From an uncultured Thermodesulfobacteriota bacterium (GTDB taxonomy: Bacteria; Desulfobacterota; GWC2-55-46; JADFVP01), in contig CAYYUX010000004.1 in assembly GCA_964474975.1 (NCBI GenBank), forward strand, positions 1 to 54,481: a DNA stretch of 54,481 bases, given 5' to 3'. This document shows positions 46,073-54,481 of the stretch, one piece after another. How positions within the stretch are numbered: position 1 is the first letter of the stretch; each line of letters opens with the position of its first letter. The position numbers were made by a program, and so were the translations under genes. The notes under the pieces are model-generated. The model was not told the origin of the DNA. It saw only the letters and a list, made by a program, of their open reading frames with translations, and did not search any database.

Positions 46073-47114
46073 ACTGTCCTTTGACCAATATCAGAGATAC
46101 CGCGTAGTGACGGATGCCATTACTGCGGTAAGAGGGGGCCGTGCCCCCTTAAAGATACTTGACGTAGGGGGAAGCCCCGGGCTCCTCACATATTTTCTGC
46201 CAAAAGACGACATTTATATACTCGACACTGCGCCCTCACCCGCCGGGCGCTTCATACGCGGAGACGGCACGGCCCTGCCCTTTAGAGACAAGGCCTTTGA
46301 TATCGTCACCGGCGTAGACGTCCTTGAGCACATCGCCCCTCCCATGAGGGTACCTTTTATCAGAGAGCTCAAAAGGACGGCAAAAAACTACATCTTCATA
46401 GCGGCGCCCTTTAATACAGAAGCCGTTGCCGAGGCCGAGGGCATACTCTATGACATTATAAGGGCCGCCAAAGGCGAGGAGCACGCCTTTTTAAAGGAAC
46501 ATATAGAGTACGGACTGCCCGCGCAAAGCGCCGTAACCGATACCTTGAGCGAGGGGGGCTGGCAGACCATTTCCCTGCCAAACGGGACGCTTAAACGCTG
46601 GCTCCCCATGATGGCCCTCAGCATCTACGTCACGGGAGATAGATTTCTTAACGCCCTCAGCGAGCGTATCAACGTCTTTTATAACACCAACTATTACGCC
46701 GACGACAACTGCGAGCCCTCGTACCGTCACCTGATAGCCGCCTGCAGGGAGGGCTTCAGGCAAGACGACGCCGAGAGGCTCCGCGGCCTTGCCGCCGAGG
46801 CGGGTCAAGATAAAGACCTCGACCTCTCCCTCCTATCGCCGCTTATCTCCCTCTTCGGATACGATGAGCTTAAAAAAACATGCAAGACAGAGAGAGAGGA
46901 ATTTAAGAAGGTCATAGAGGCGAGAGATACTTATATAACAAGCCTCACGGATACTATCGCTAAAAAAGACGAACGTATAAAAAAACAGAAAAAGACGATA
47001 AAGGGCTCTCAAGACACTATTGATGAGCTTAAAAAGAGGCTTAAGGCGCTGGAGCAATCCCTGAGCGTAAAGGCCCTGAAACGCCTCGGGCTGACAAAAG
47101 AGCCTAAAGATTGA
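46059..47114 (+). CDS. SAM-dependent methyltransferase with C-terminal coiled coil (WbdD-like chain terminator candidate)
   Basis: 'ILDVGG', 'GDG..LPF.D..FD.V...DVLEH'; C-terminal heptad-rich 'IAKKDERIKKQKKTI...IDELKKRLKALEQSLS'. Confidence 0.78.
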   Translation: MDPIKLSFDQYQRYRVVTDAITAVRGGRAPLKILDVGGSPGLLTYFLPKDDIYILDTAPSPAGRFIRGDGTALPFRDKAFDIVTGVDVLEHIAPPMRVPFIRELKRTAKNYIFIAAPFNTEAVAEAEGILYDIIRAAKGEEHAFLKEHIEYGLPAQSAVTDTLSEGGWQTISLPNGTLKRWLPMMALSIYVTGDRFLNALSERINVFYNTNYYADDNCEPSYRHLIAACREGFRQDDAERLRGLAAEAGQDKDLDLSLLSPLISLFGYDELKKTCKTEREEFKKVIEARDTYITSLTDTIAKKDERIKKQKKTIKGSQDTIDELKKRLKALEQSLSVKALKRLGLTKEPKD

Positions 47115-48547
47115 GCATGAAGATACTCCAGGTAATACATGACTTTCTCCCCCGCCACAGGGCCGGATCGGAGATATATACATACAAGCTCTCAAAAGAA
47201 CTCGTAAAAAAGGGACACGAGGTAACCCTTTTTTTTACCGAGGCCCGGCGCGGTACTGCCCAGTACACACTGAGAGAGGGTACTTACGATGGGTTGCCCT
47301 ACTTTGAGGCCATCGTCAACAGGGACTACGCCGATTTTGAAGAGACCTACGACAACCCTGCCATGGACGCCCTCTTTGTCCGTGTCCTCGCCCGGACAAG
47401 GCCTGATATCATCCATATTCAGCACCTTATCAACCACTCCTTTAATTATATAAGCATCGCAAAAAAAAGATCCACACCCGTTGTCTTTACACTTCATGAC
47501 TACTGGCTCACCTGCCCCCTCGGCGGGCAGAGGCTCGCCCCGGACCTCTCCATTTGTAGCGACGTTGAGCCCGCAAAATGCTCGAGATGCGTCTCAAGAT
47601 ACTCTAAAAACTCCTTCCGTCTGAAGAGGCTATTTCAAAAGGTATCGGGCAGGGGCCGTGAGTCCGCCGTAAAAGTCTCGCCCGGCGCGGGGCTGGCGGC
47701 GAGGTCTTTTTTAAAGGTTAATGGTCTCTTCGATACCATGGCCGCAAAGAAACTCATACCCGTCGTACAAAAGAGGCTTCTCCGCATACTCGACAGAACC
47801 CGGGACGTAGACCTCTTCGTATCTCCATCTCTTTTTTTAAAGGACCGCTTCGTGGAGTTCGGCATACCTGAAGAAAAAATCCTCCACTCTGATAATGGTT
47901 TTGATGTAAGCTCCTTTGGCAGGATAAAACGTGTAAGAGAAAAGAAAGTGCGCTTCGGCTACACTGGAAGCCTTGTCCCGCATAAGGGTGTTCATGTCCT
48001 TGTAGACGCCTTCAACGGCCTCTCCGAAGAAACAGCCCGGCAGACCGAGCTGAAGATATACGGTGACCTTACGTGGTATCCCGATTATACAGCCAAACTC
48101 CGCGCCAAGGCAGAGGGAGAGGGCAATGCGAAGGCGCGGTTCATGGGCCCCTTTGACAACAAGGACATTTCAAAGGTACTCTCAGAGATAGACGTCCTCA
48201 TAGTGCCCTCCATCTGGTTTGAGAACTCTCCGCTTACCATACACGAGGCCTTCATATCAGGCATACCCGTCATCACCAGCAACCTCGGCGGCATGGCCGA
48301 GCTTGTAAGGGACGGCGTCTCCGGGCTTGTCTTCAAGACAGGCGACGCAGAAGACTTGAGACATAAGATGGAAATGATCATAAAAAACCGCCCACTCCTT
48401 GAGAGGCTCTCAGAGGGCCTTCCAAAGGTAAAGACCATAAGCGAAAACGCCGGTGATATGGAGGGGATATACAGCAGGCTTATCTCCTCTCACGGGGCCG
48501 CTTCCGCCAAGAAGGCGGGGCACAAGAACACGGGCAAGGCGGAGTAG
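47111..48547 (+). CDS. Glycosyltransferase family 4 with a Cys-cluster insertion
   Basis: 'AGSEIY', 'PDIIHIQH', 'TLHDYWL.C', 'HKGVHVL', 'PSIWFENSPLTIHEA'. Confidence 0.9.
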   Translation: MSMKILQVIHDFLPRHRAGSEIYTYKLSKELVKKGHEVTLFFTEARRGTAQYTLREGTYDGLPYFEAIVNRDYADFEETYDNPAMDALFVRVLARTRPDIIHIQHLINHSFNYISIAKKRSTPVVFTLHDYWLTCPLGGQRLAPDLSICSDVEPAKCSRCVSRYSKNSFRLKRLFQKVSGRGRESAVKVSPGAGLAARSFLKVNGLFDTMAAKKLIPVVQKRLLRILDRTRDVDLFVSPSLFLKDRFVEFGIPEEKILHSDNGFDVSSFGRIKRVREKKVRFGYTGSLVPHKGVHVLVDAFNGLSEETARQTELKIYGDLTWYPDYTAKLRAKAEGEGNAKARFMGPFDNKDISKVLSEIDVLIVPSIWFENSPLTIHEAFISGIPVITSNLGGMAELVRDGVSGLVFKTGDAEDLRHKMEMIIKNRPLLERLSEGLPKVKTISENAGDMEGIYSRLISSHGAASAKKAGHKNTGKAE

Positions 48548-48556
48548 ATTGCCTTA

Positions 48557-49504
48557 ATGAAAGAGATACGCGTCTCCATACTCATACCCTCTCTTAATGG
48601 AGGGGTCGTATTCGGAGAATGCCTTGAGGCCATCTTCGCCCAGGAGACAAAGCACTCCTTCGAGGTAATCGTCATGGATTCGGGCTCCACGGACGGCACG
48701 GTGGAGCGCCTTAAAGGGCTTCCACTGAGGTTATATGAGATTAAGCCCGAGGAATTCAACCACGGAGAGACAAGGAACAGGGGCATAGGACTGGCAAAGG
48801 GAGAATTCGTTGTCCTCATGACGCAGGACGCCGTGCCAGTGGGCAGAGGCTGGCTCGATGCCATCATAAGACCCTTTCTTGCCGACCCCCTTACGGCAGG
48901 GGTATACGCGAGACAGCGGCCAAGAGAGGACGCCCATTTACTTACAAAGAGAGACCTCGACAAGTGGCTCACGGGAAGCCCCGAGAGACGCGTATCATAT
49001 ATCAGTGACCGCGGAGAATATGATAGGATGAGACCGATGGAGAGATATTTTTTCTGCAACTTCGACGACGTATGCTCTGCCGTTAGGGTGAGCGTTTGGA
49101 AGAAGATACCATACGTGAGAACCAACTTTGCCGAAGACCTTGAGTGGTCAAAAAAGGCCCTTGAAGCGGGCTTCAAGATAGTCTACGAGCCTGAGGCAAC
49201 GGTCATTCATTCTCACACACGGCCCCTTGGATACGAGTTCAAAAGGACGCGCCTCTGCCACAGGCGGCTTAATGAGATTTTCGCCATAAGGACAGTGCCG
49301 ACAAGGTCTGCCCTTATGCGCTACATCATGAAATCCACTGCAAGGGACATCGCCTATATATGGCACGAGGAACCCTCGCTGCTTAAAAAAATTTTATACA
49401 CATTGAAAGTTCCCTTCTCTGCCTTTATAAAGGTCTACGCGCAGTACAAAGGCGGCCTTGACGCAATTGCGGGCAGAGACGGCAAGAAGATAAAAGGAGT
49501 TTGA
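48557..49504 (+). CDS. Glycosyltransferase family 2 (rhamnosyltransferase-like)
   Basis: 'VIVMDSGSTDGT', 'EFNHG.TRN.G', 'LMTQDA.P', 'YARQ.PR', 'AEDLEW', 'HSH'. Confidence 0.88.
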   Translation: MKEIRVSILIPSLNGGVVFGECLEAIFAQETKHSFEVIVMDSGSTDGTVERLKGLPLRLYEIKPEEFNHGETRNRGIGLAKGEFVVLMTQDAVPVGRGWLDAIIRPFLADPLTAGVYARQRPREDAHLLTKRDLDKWLTGSPERRVSYISDRGEYDRMRPMERYFFCNFDDVCSAVRVSVWKKIPYVRTNFAEDLEWSKKALEAGFKIVYEPEATVIHSHTRPLGYEFKRTRLCHRRLNEIFAIRTVPTRSALMRYIMKSTARDIAYIWHEEPSLLKKILYTLKVPFSAFIKVYAQYKGGLDAIAGRDGKKIKGV

Positions 49505-49505
49505 T

Positions 49506-52500
49506 GTGCGCATAGCCCTTGTGATACACGGTTTTCCTCCCGCCAATATGGCGGGTTCAGAGGTCTATACGTTTAACCTCGCCGTAGAGCTGGCAAGGCG
49601 CCACGAGGTCTTTGTATTTCACCGCGCGGCAGACCCCTCGCGCCCAGAGTATGAAGTAAAGACAAAAGAATTCATGGGCCTCCATATCACCACCATAAAT
49701 AATAACTTCAAGAGCGGCCCCGAGTTCGCGAAGACATACCGTAACGAAATTATCGCCGGAAAATTCGGCGAGTTTCTCGATGAGGCATCTCCGCAGGTCG
49801 TCCATTTTCACCACGTCACATGTCTATCCACTACCTGCGTGGAAGAGGCCAGCTCCCGGGGCATACCTGTCGTCTACACACTGCACGACTTCTGGCTCTT
49901 CTGCCAGCGGGGTCAGCTCCTTGACCGTAATCTGGCCATCTGCGCCGGGCCATCGGACAAGGCCTGCGCCGAGTGCCTTGCCGCTCAGCTTGCCATGAGC
50001 GGCAGGGCGGGCAAGACAGCCTCGGCCATTAAAAAGAACATGCCATCTTTTCCGGGAAGGCGCACAGCTGTCGAGCTTCTTCGAAAGGTTTTTCTTCTTT
50101 CCTCAAAGACCCTCCAAAAAGATACTACGGGGCCTGCCGAGGAAATCGCCATACGCTCAAGACACATCATCGAGATATGCTCCCGTATCGACCGCTTCAT
50201 CGCGCCATCAAAATTTCTAATGGCAAAGTACGTAGGCTTCGGAGTGGAAAAAGAAAAAATAACATACCTCGATTACGGCTTTGACAAGGGCCTGTTCGAG
50301 GGCATAAAGAGAAAAAAAACAAAAAAAATACGCTTCGGATACATTGGCTCGTGGATACCATCAAAGGGAGTCCATGTGCTCATAAAGGCCTTCAACAGGC
50401 TCGCCGACGGAGCTAACGCCGAGCTTGCCGTATACGGCGAGCAGGGCTCCTTTCACGGATATAAAGATTACAATAAAGACCTCAAGGGGCTTGCGCAAAA
50501 CAAGGCAATACAATTTCCCGGGGCCTATGACAATAAAGACGTGGGCAAGATTCTCTCCGAGATAGACGTCCTTGTCGTGCCGTCCATCTGGTACGAGAAC
50601 TCTCCGCTCACCATACATGAGGCCTACCTCGCCGGGGTACCCGTAATCGCCTCGGACATAGGCGGCATGGCGGAGTACGTATGCGAGGGCGCTGGCGGCC
50701 TTAACTTCCGCGCGGGAGACGATGAAGACCTCTACAAAAAAATAATAAAAATAATAAAGAACCCCGGCCTCGTGGAAAAGATGCGAAAGTCCATACCGCC
50801 TGTAAAGTCCATCGCCGAGAACGCCTGTGAGATAGAAGAAATATACACCGAACTTGCGGCGCCTGCCCTTACAGATGGGTATGATTTTATAAGCAATATA
50901 TTTCACGCAGAAGTGGAAAAAGAGACGCGGGGCTTTACAGAGTGCCCCTACTCCGCCTACAAGCAGAAAAACATGGTAAACGTCTCTACCTTCAAGGCAG
51001 GAGGCGAGGAACGAAAAGTCCTCTTCGCCCACCCCGCCATCTGCGTGGGAGATACCTCGACTATCGTCTCTTTCAGGGAACTAAACATTAAAAAAGGCGA
51101 CACCCTCGACTTCGGCATGGGCATAAACGAAGATGCATGGGACAAGCCCGGCGACGGCGTGGAGTTTGAGGTTATCGTAAAGTCCGATGAAGTGATGACC
51201 TCTGTCTTCACAAAATACATAGACCCAAAGGGCAACGAGGCCGATAGAAAGTGGTTTGACGAGGGCCTTGACCTCAACGCCTTTGCGGGAAAAACAATCG
51301 AGGTTCTCTTCAAGACCTCGGCTGGCCCCCGTAACGACCCGGAGTTTGACTGGTCGGGCTGGAGCGGCCCGGCAATAGTGAATAACGGAAAGGCGAGATA
51401 CGACTTTCTTGGTGAACTCAATAAGTCCTTCATCATCCGCTTCGAAAAAGAAAACCCAAATAGAGAAGAGGTCTTTTATCTCGGCGATGACGCACGGCAG
51501 GTCTTGTCGCTTGACAAGGGCTCGCACTTTACCTACAGGGCCGTACCCGTCCCCGTTGACGGTAGGCTCAAGATGGGAGTAGGCGTAAGGGGCGGCCCCA
51601 GGGGGCTGAGGCTAAAGGGCGGCGTTGAGGTGGCGATAGAGCGGAACGGCAAGATAGAAACCATTTTTTCTAAAAACGCCCTTACAGCCCTTGGGAAAAG
51701 ACTCACAAAAAAATCGTGGCATGACGTGGAGGTAGACCTCGCGAAGTATGGCGGAGAAAAAGTTGACTTCCACTTCAGGAATAAAAGCGGCAAGGTAATG
51801 GGCTTAGGCCCAGTGGAGATAATCTCGAAGGTGAAAAAAAAGATTGAGCGCCGTCATATCTCCCACACCAACGTCCTTATCATAACCCTCGACGCCGTAC
51901 GTGCCGACCACCTTGGCTTTATGGGGAATAAGCGCGTAAAAACGCCCTGCCTTGACCGCATGGCAGGCGAAGGCGCTGTCTTCATGAACAACTTCGCCCA
52001 GTCGCATATAACCATACCCTCACATGTATCCCTTCTCGCCTCAAAATTTCCAAGGTCCATCAAGACCATGGACAATTACCAGTACAACTTTCCCGTCCTC
52101 GATACCATAGCCGAGAGGCTTGGGCGTGAGGGTTACCGCAGTAGCGCCATCGTAAGCGCGGCGCTCCTCAACCCCGAGTGGTGCAGAGGGCTTGAGCGGG
52201 GCTTTACTGATTACTTTCCCGTACTCGGCATGGAGCGGGCAGGCTCCCAGTGTACAAATATTCTTAAAAACTGGATAACAGAGAATAGCGAAAAACCCTT
52301 CTTCTCATGGATACATATATTTGACGCCCACTTTCCATATCAGGCGCCAAAACCATTTCACAAGATGTACGCCCCGGGCAAGGACGGCGATAAGTCAAGG
52401 TCCGTAGACTCCGTGGAGATGCACGCAATGACAAAGGGCTGGCTAACGAGACAGGGCATTGAAGACGTGGACCTGCCCATAGCAGAGTACGGCGCGGAGA

Positions 52501-53150
52501 TAACATACCTCGATTATGAACTTGACCGTCTCTTTAAACACATGGATGCCCTCGGCGTACTCGACAATACCCTTGTCATAATAACGGCGGACCACGGCGA
52601 GTATCTCGGCGAGCGGGGTAACTACTTCTGCCATGTAGGGGTCTACGACGAGACCATGCGCATACCCCTTATCATGCGCCTTCCGGGCAGGATCCCCGCG
52701 GGGCAGAGAATAAAAGGCATGGCCATGAACATCGACCTTGTCCCCACGGCCTTTGATATTCTCGGTCTCTCCAAAAAGGGTATGGAGGGCGCGTCACTCC
52801 TCCCCCTTATTGACAATAAGGCCGAAGAGGTTCATGAGTACGTCATTGACGAGGGTGCGCACGGATCGCAGATAGCCATACGCACAAAAAAATGGAAGTT
52901 TATAAAAACCCTTGAAGATGTCTCCTACGCCTCGAACTTCAAACTTGAAGAGGGCCTTACGGAGCTATACGACCTTGAGAATGATGCAAAAGAAGAAAAA
53001 AACGTGGCAGAAGAAAACGCCGATGTCTCGGCCCGCTTCGAGAAGATGCTTAAAAAGTGGCTATCTGAGAGAACAGGCGGAGATGAGGCGGAGATGATCG
53101 AGGCCGACGAAGAGACAAAGAAAAAACTCGAGGCACTGGGGTATCTCTAA
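49506..53150 (+). CDS. Multidomain fusion: GT4 glycosyltransferase, two beta-sandwich domains and a sulfatase-fold (AlkP) domain
   Basis: Residues about 1-450 are GT4 ('PSIWYENSPLTIHEA'); the middle has two repeats starting 'YDF'; the C-terminal domain has 'NVLIITLDAVRADH', 'ITIPSHVSL', 'DAHFPY', 'TADHGE', 'ELYDL..D..E..N' and ends 'LEALGYL'. Confidence 0.88.
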   Translation: MRIALVIHGFPPANMAGSEVYTFNLAVELARRHEVFVFHRAADPSRPEYEVKTKEFMGLHITTINNNFKSGPEFAKTYRNEIIAGKFGEFLDEASPQVVHFHHVTCLSTTCVEEASSRGIPVVYTLHDFWLFCQRGQLLDRNLAICAGPSDKACAECLAAQLAMSGRAGKTASAIKKNMPSFPGRRTAVELLRKVFLLSSKTLQKDTTGPAEEIAIRSRHIIEICSRIDRFIAPSKFLMAKYVGFGVEKEKITYLDYGFDKGLFEGIKRKKTKKIRFGYIGSWIPSKGVHVLIKAFNRLADGANAELAVYGEQGSFHGYKDYNKDLKGLAQNKAIQFPGAYDNKDVGKILSEIDVLVVPSIWYENSPLTIHEAYLAGVPVIASDIGGMAEYVCEGAGGLNFRAGDDEDLYKKIIKIIKNPGLVEKMRKSIPPVKSIAENACEIEEIYTELAAPALTDGYDFISNIFHAEVEKETRGFTECPYSAYKQKNMVNVSTFKAGGEERKVLFAHPAICVGDTSTIVSFRELNIKKGDTLDFGMGINEDAWDKPGDGVEFEVIVKSDEVMTSVFTKYIDPKGNEADRKWFDEGLDLNAFAGKTIEVLFKTSAGPRNDPEFDWSGWSGPAIVNNGKARYDFLGELNKSFIIRFEKENPNREEVFYLGDDARQVLSLDKGSHFTYRAVPVPVDGRLKMGVGVRGGPRGLRLKGGVEVAIERNGKIETIFSKNALTALGKRLTKKSWHDVEVDLAKYGGEKVDFHFRNKSGKVMGLGPVEIISKVKKKIERRHISHTNVLIITLDAVRADHLGFMGNKRVKTPCLDRMAGEGAVFMNNFAQSHITIPSHVSLLASKFPRSIKTMDNYQYNFPVLDTIAERLGREGYRSSAIVSAALLNPEWCRGLERGFTDYFPVLGMERAGSQCTNILKNWITENSEKPFFSWIHIFDAHFPYQAPKPFHKMYAPGKDGDKSRSVDSVEMHAMTKGWLTRQGIEDVDLPIAEYGAEITYLDYELDRLFKHMDALGVLDNTLVIITADHGEYLGERGNYFCHVGVYDETMRIPLIMRLPGRIPAGQRIKGMAMNIDLVPTAFDILGLSKKGMEGASLLPLIDNKAEEVHEYVIDEGAHGSQIAIRTKKWKFIKTLEDVSYASNFKLEEGLTELYDLENDAKEEKNVAEENADVSARFEKMLKKWLSERTGGDEAEMIEADEETKKKLEALGYL

Positions 53151-53151
53151 G

Positions 53152-53853
53152 ATGAAGCTACTTGTAATACTTCCCACATATAACGAAGCCGGCAACCTTG
53201 AGCGGATGGTCGGCGAGGTCCTTAAGGCAAAGGGGGCCCACGTCCTTGTAGTAGACGACAACTCAACAGACGGCACAGGAGAGATAGCAGAGAGACTCGC
53301 TAAAAAGAACTTGAGCGTAAGCGTCCTCCACAGGAGCGGAAAACTTGGCCTTGCCTCGGCATATATCGAGGGTTTTAACCACGGCCTTGCCAATGGATAC
53401 GAGTTTATTCAGCAGATGGACTGCGACTTTTCTCACGACCCCGGGGATATCCCAAGACTCCTTGAAGAGATGAAGACCTCCGGGGCCGACCTCGTCATAG
53501 GCTCAAGGTATGTGCGCGGCGGCGCCATTCTCGGCTGGCCCATGGCAAGGCATATCCTCAGCAAAGCTGGCAACCTCTACGCGCGTTTCGTCCTAAGCCA
53601 CAGGATAAGAGACTGGACAGGAGGCTTCAATCTATTCAGATCAAAAGTATTAAAAGATATTATCAACGAACAGAACTTCGCGCAGGGTTACGCCTTTCTT
53701 GTTGAGATGAAGTACCATACGCTTAAGGCCGGTTTCAAGGTCAGTGAGATCCCCATCATCTTCAGAGAGCGAACCATCGGAGAATCAAAGATGGGAAAAA
53801 ACATCGTCATCGAGGCGGCAAGCAGGGTCTGGAAACTAAGAAAAGACGGCTAA
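53152..53853 (+). CDS. Polyprenol-monophosphate sugar (mannose-type) synthase, GT2 (DPM1/Ppm1-like)
   Basis: 'ILPTYNEA.N', 'VVDDNSTDGTG', 'KLGLASAY..GF', 'QMDCDFSHDP', 'IGSRYV.GG', 'EIPI.F.ER..G.SKM'. Confidence 0.9.
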   Translation: MKLLVILPTYNEAGNLERMVGEVLKAKGAHVLVVDDNSTDGTGEIAERLAKKNLSVSVLHRSGKLGLASAYIEGFNHGLANGYEFIQQMDCDFSHDPGDIPRLLEEMKTSGADLVIGSRYVRGGAILGWPMARHILSKAGNLYARFVLSHRIRDWTGGFNLFRSKVLKDIINEQNFAQGYAFLVEMKYHTLKAGFKVSEIPIIFRERTIGESKMGKNIVIEAASRVWKLRKDG

Positions 53854-53856
53854 GGC

Positions 53857-54481
53857 ATGAAGAAACATACAACTTCTCTCGCGGCTCTCCTCTTTCTCAT
53901 CCTTGCCCTCGCATACTGGCGCATTGACGTCACGGGAGCGGCCACGGGCCATATCGCCCCCTTCAGCTCCGAGAACCTCTACCTGCTCTATTACCCTCTC
54001 ATCCATTACGGCATAGACTCCATGCGCGCCCTTCACATCCCCCTATGGAACCCGTATCAATCCCTTGGAGTTCCCTTTTTGGGCTCAGCCCTCTTTGGTC
54101 TATTTTCGCCATTCAGCTTTCTTTATTACATACTGCCAACACACCTCGCCATGGGTTATGCCACTATCTTGAATATCGCCTTGGCCGGATTATTCACATT
54201 TTTATTTTTACGTAAAACACTTGAGATCAAAGCCGCCGGTGCCTTTGCCGGCTCACTGGTATTCATGCTCTCGGGCTCGCTTTTATTGGAACTAATACAC
54301 CCCTCGCTCCTCGGAGCCATGGCCTTTTTGCCCCTTATGCTCTTTCTTGCCCATAAGGTCTTTCATACAGGAGATGGCCGATGGGCCGTCTTATTCGCCC
54401 TTGCCCTTGCCTGCCAGATGCTTACAGGCGCGGTGCAGATTGTCGTTCACAGCGTATTCATGACAGGGGCCTATTCCACAG
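53857..54481 (+). CDS. YfhO-like GT-C membrane protein (N-terminal part; runs off the window edge)
   Basis: Not in the ORF track; ATG at 53857 gives MKKHTTSLAALLFLILALAYW...YYP.....IPLWNPYQSLGVPFLG...FSPF..., with several TM helices and no stop before the window end. Confidence 0.75.
   Translation, partial: MKKHTTSLAALLFLILALAYWRIDVTGAATGHIAPFSSENLYLLYYPLIHYGIDSMRALHIPLWNPYQSLGVPFLGSALFGLFSPFSFLYYILPTHLAMGYATILNIALAGLFTFLFLRKTLEIKAAGAFAGSLVFMLSGSLLLELIHPSLLGAMAFLPLMLFLAHKVFHTGDGRWAVLFALALACQMLTGAVQIVVHSVFMTGAYST

Noticed and set aside
1-54481. CRISPR array, tRNA/rRNA genes, integrase or intact transposase
   Set aside because: No regularly spaced repeats, cloverleaf or rRNA signatures, or recombinase motifs seen by manual reading; dedicated scans were not run.

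Overview
Bacterial chromosomal segment, almost entirely cell-surface and secretion genes; the gene style suggests a Deltaproteobacteria/Desulfobacterota-like organism (inference only). 0-2.4 kb (minus): type II secretion pseudopilins gspG-H-I-J-K, with gspK cut by the window edge. 2.6-6.1 kb (minus): operon of an AlkP-superfamily enzyme, cysD and cysN. 6.7-10 kb: two tandem secreted S8 proteases. 10.6-14.3 kb (plus): secreted GH5, a GT4 and a WecB/TagA glycosyltransferase. 14.6-39 kb (minus): a Wzx/Wzy-type exopolysaccharide locus (initiating sugar-transferase fusion, Wza, split Wzc, Wzx, Wzy/ligase, GT4s) with many tailoring genes: CE4 deacetylase, two GNAT-like proteins, three AlkP/sulfatase-fold enzymes, a radical SAM/SPASM enzyme and a fabG-ACP-fabF-fabF module. 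A LuxR-type regulator gene follows. 40.2-54.5 kb (plus, divergent): an ABC-transporter (Wzm/Wzt) glycan locus with two methyltransferases, GT2/GT4s, a GT4-sulfatase-fold fusion, a polyprenol-phosphate sugar synthase and two GT-C membrane glycosyltransferases. Best candidates for undescribed biology: (i) CysDN without CysC or any classical sulfotransferase, together with five signal-peptide-less Thr/Ser-nucleophile AlkP-fold domains, four of which share a C-terminal 'L-x-x-L-G-Y' tail with CysD; (ii) a Nod-factor-like deacetylate/acylate module inside an EPS locus. No rRNA, tRNA, CRISPR array or intact mobile element was recognised.
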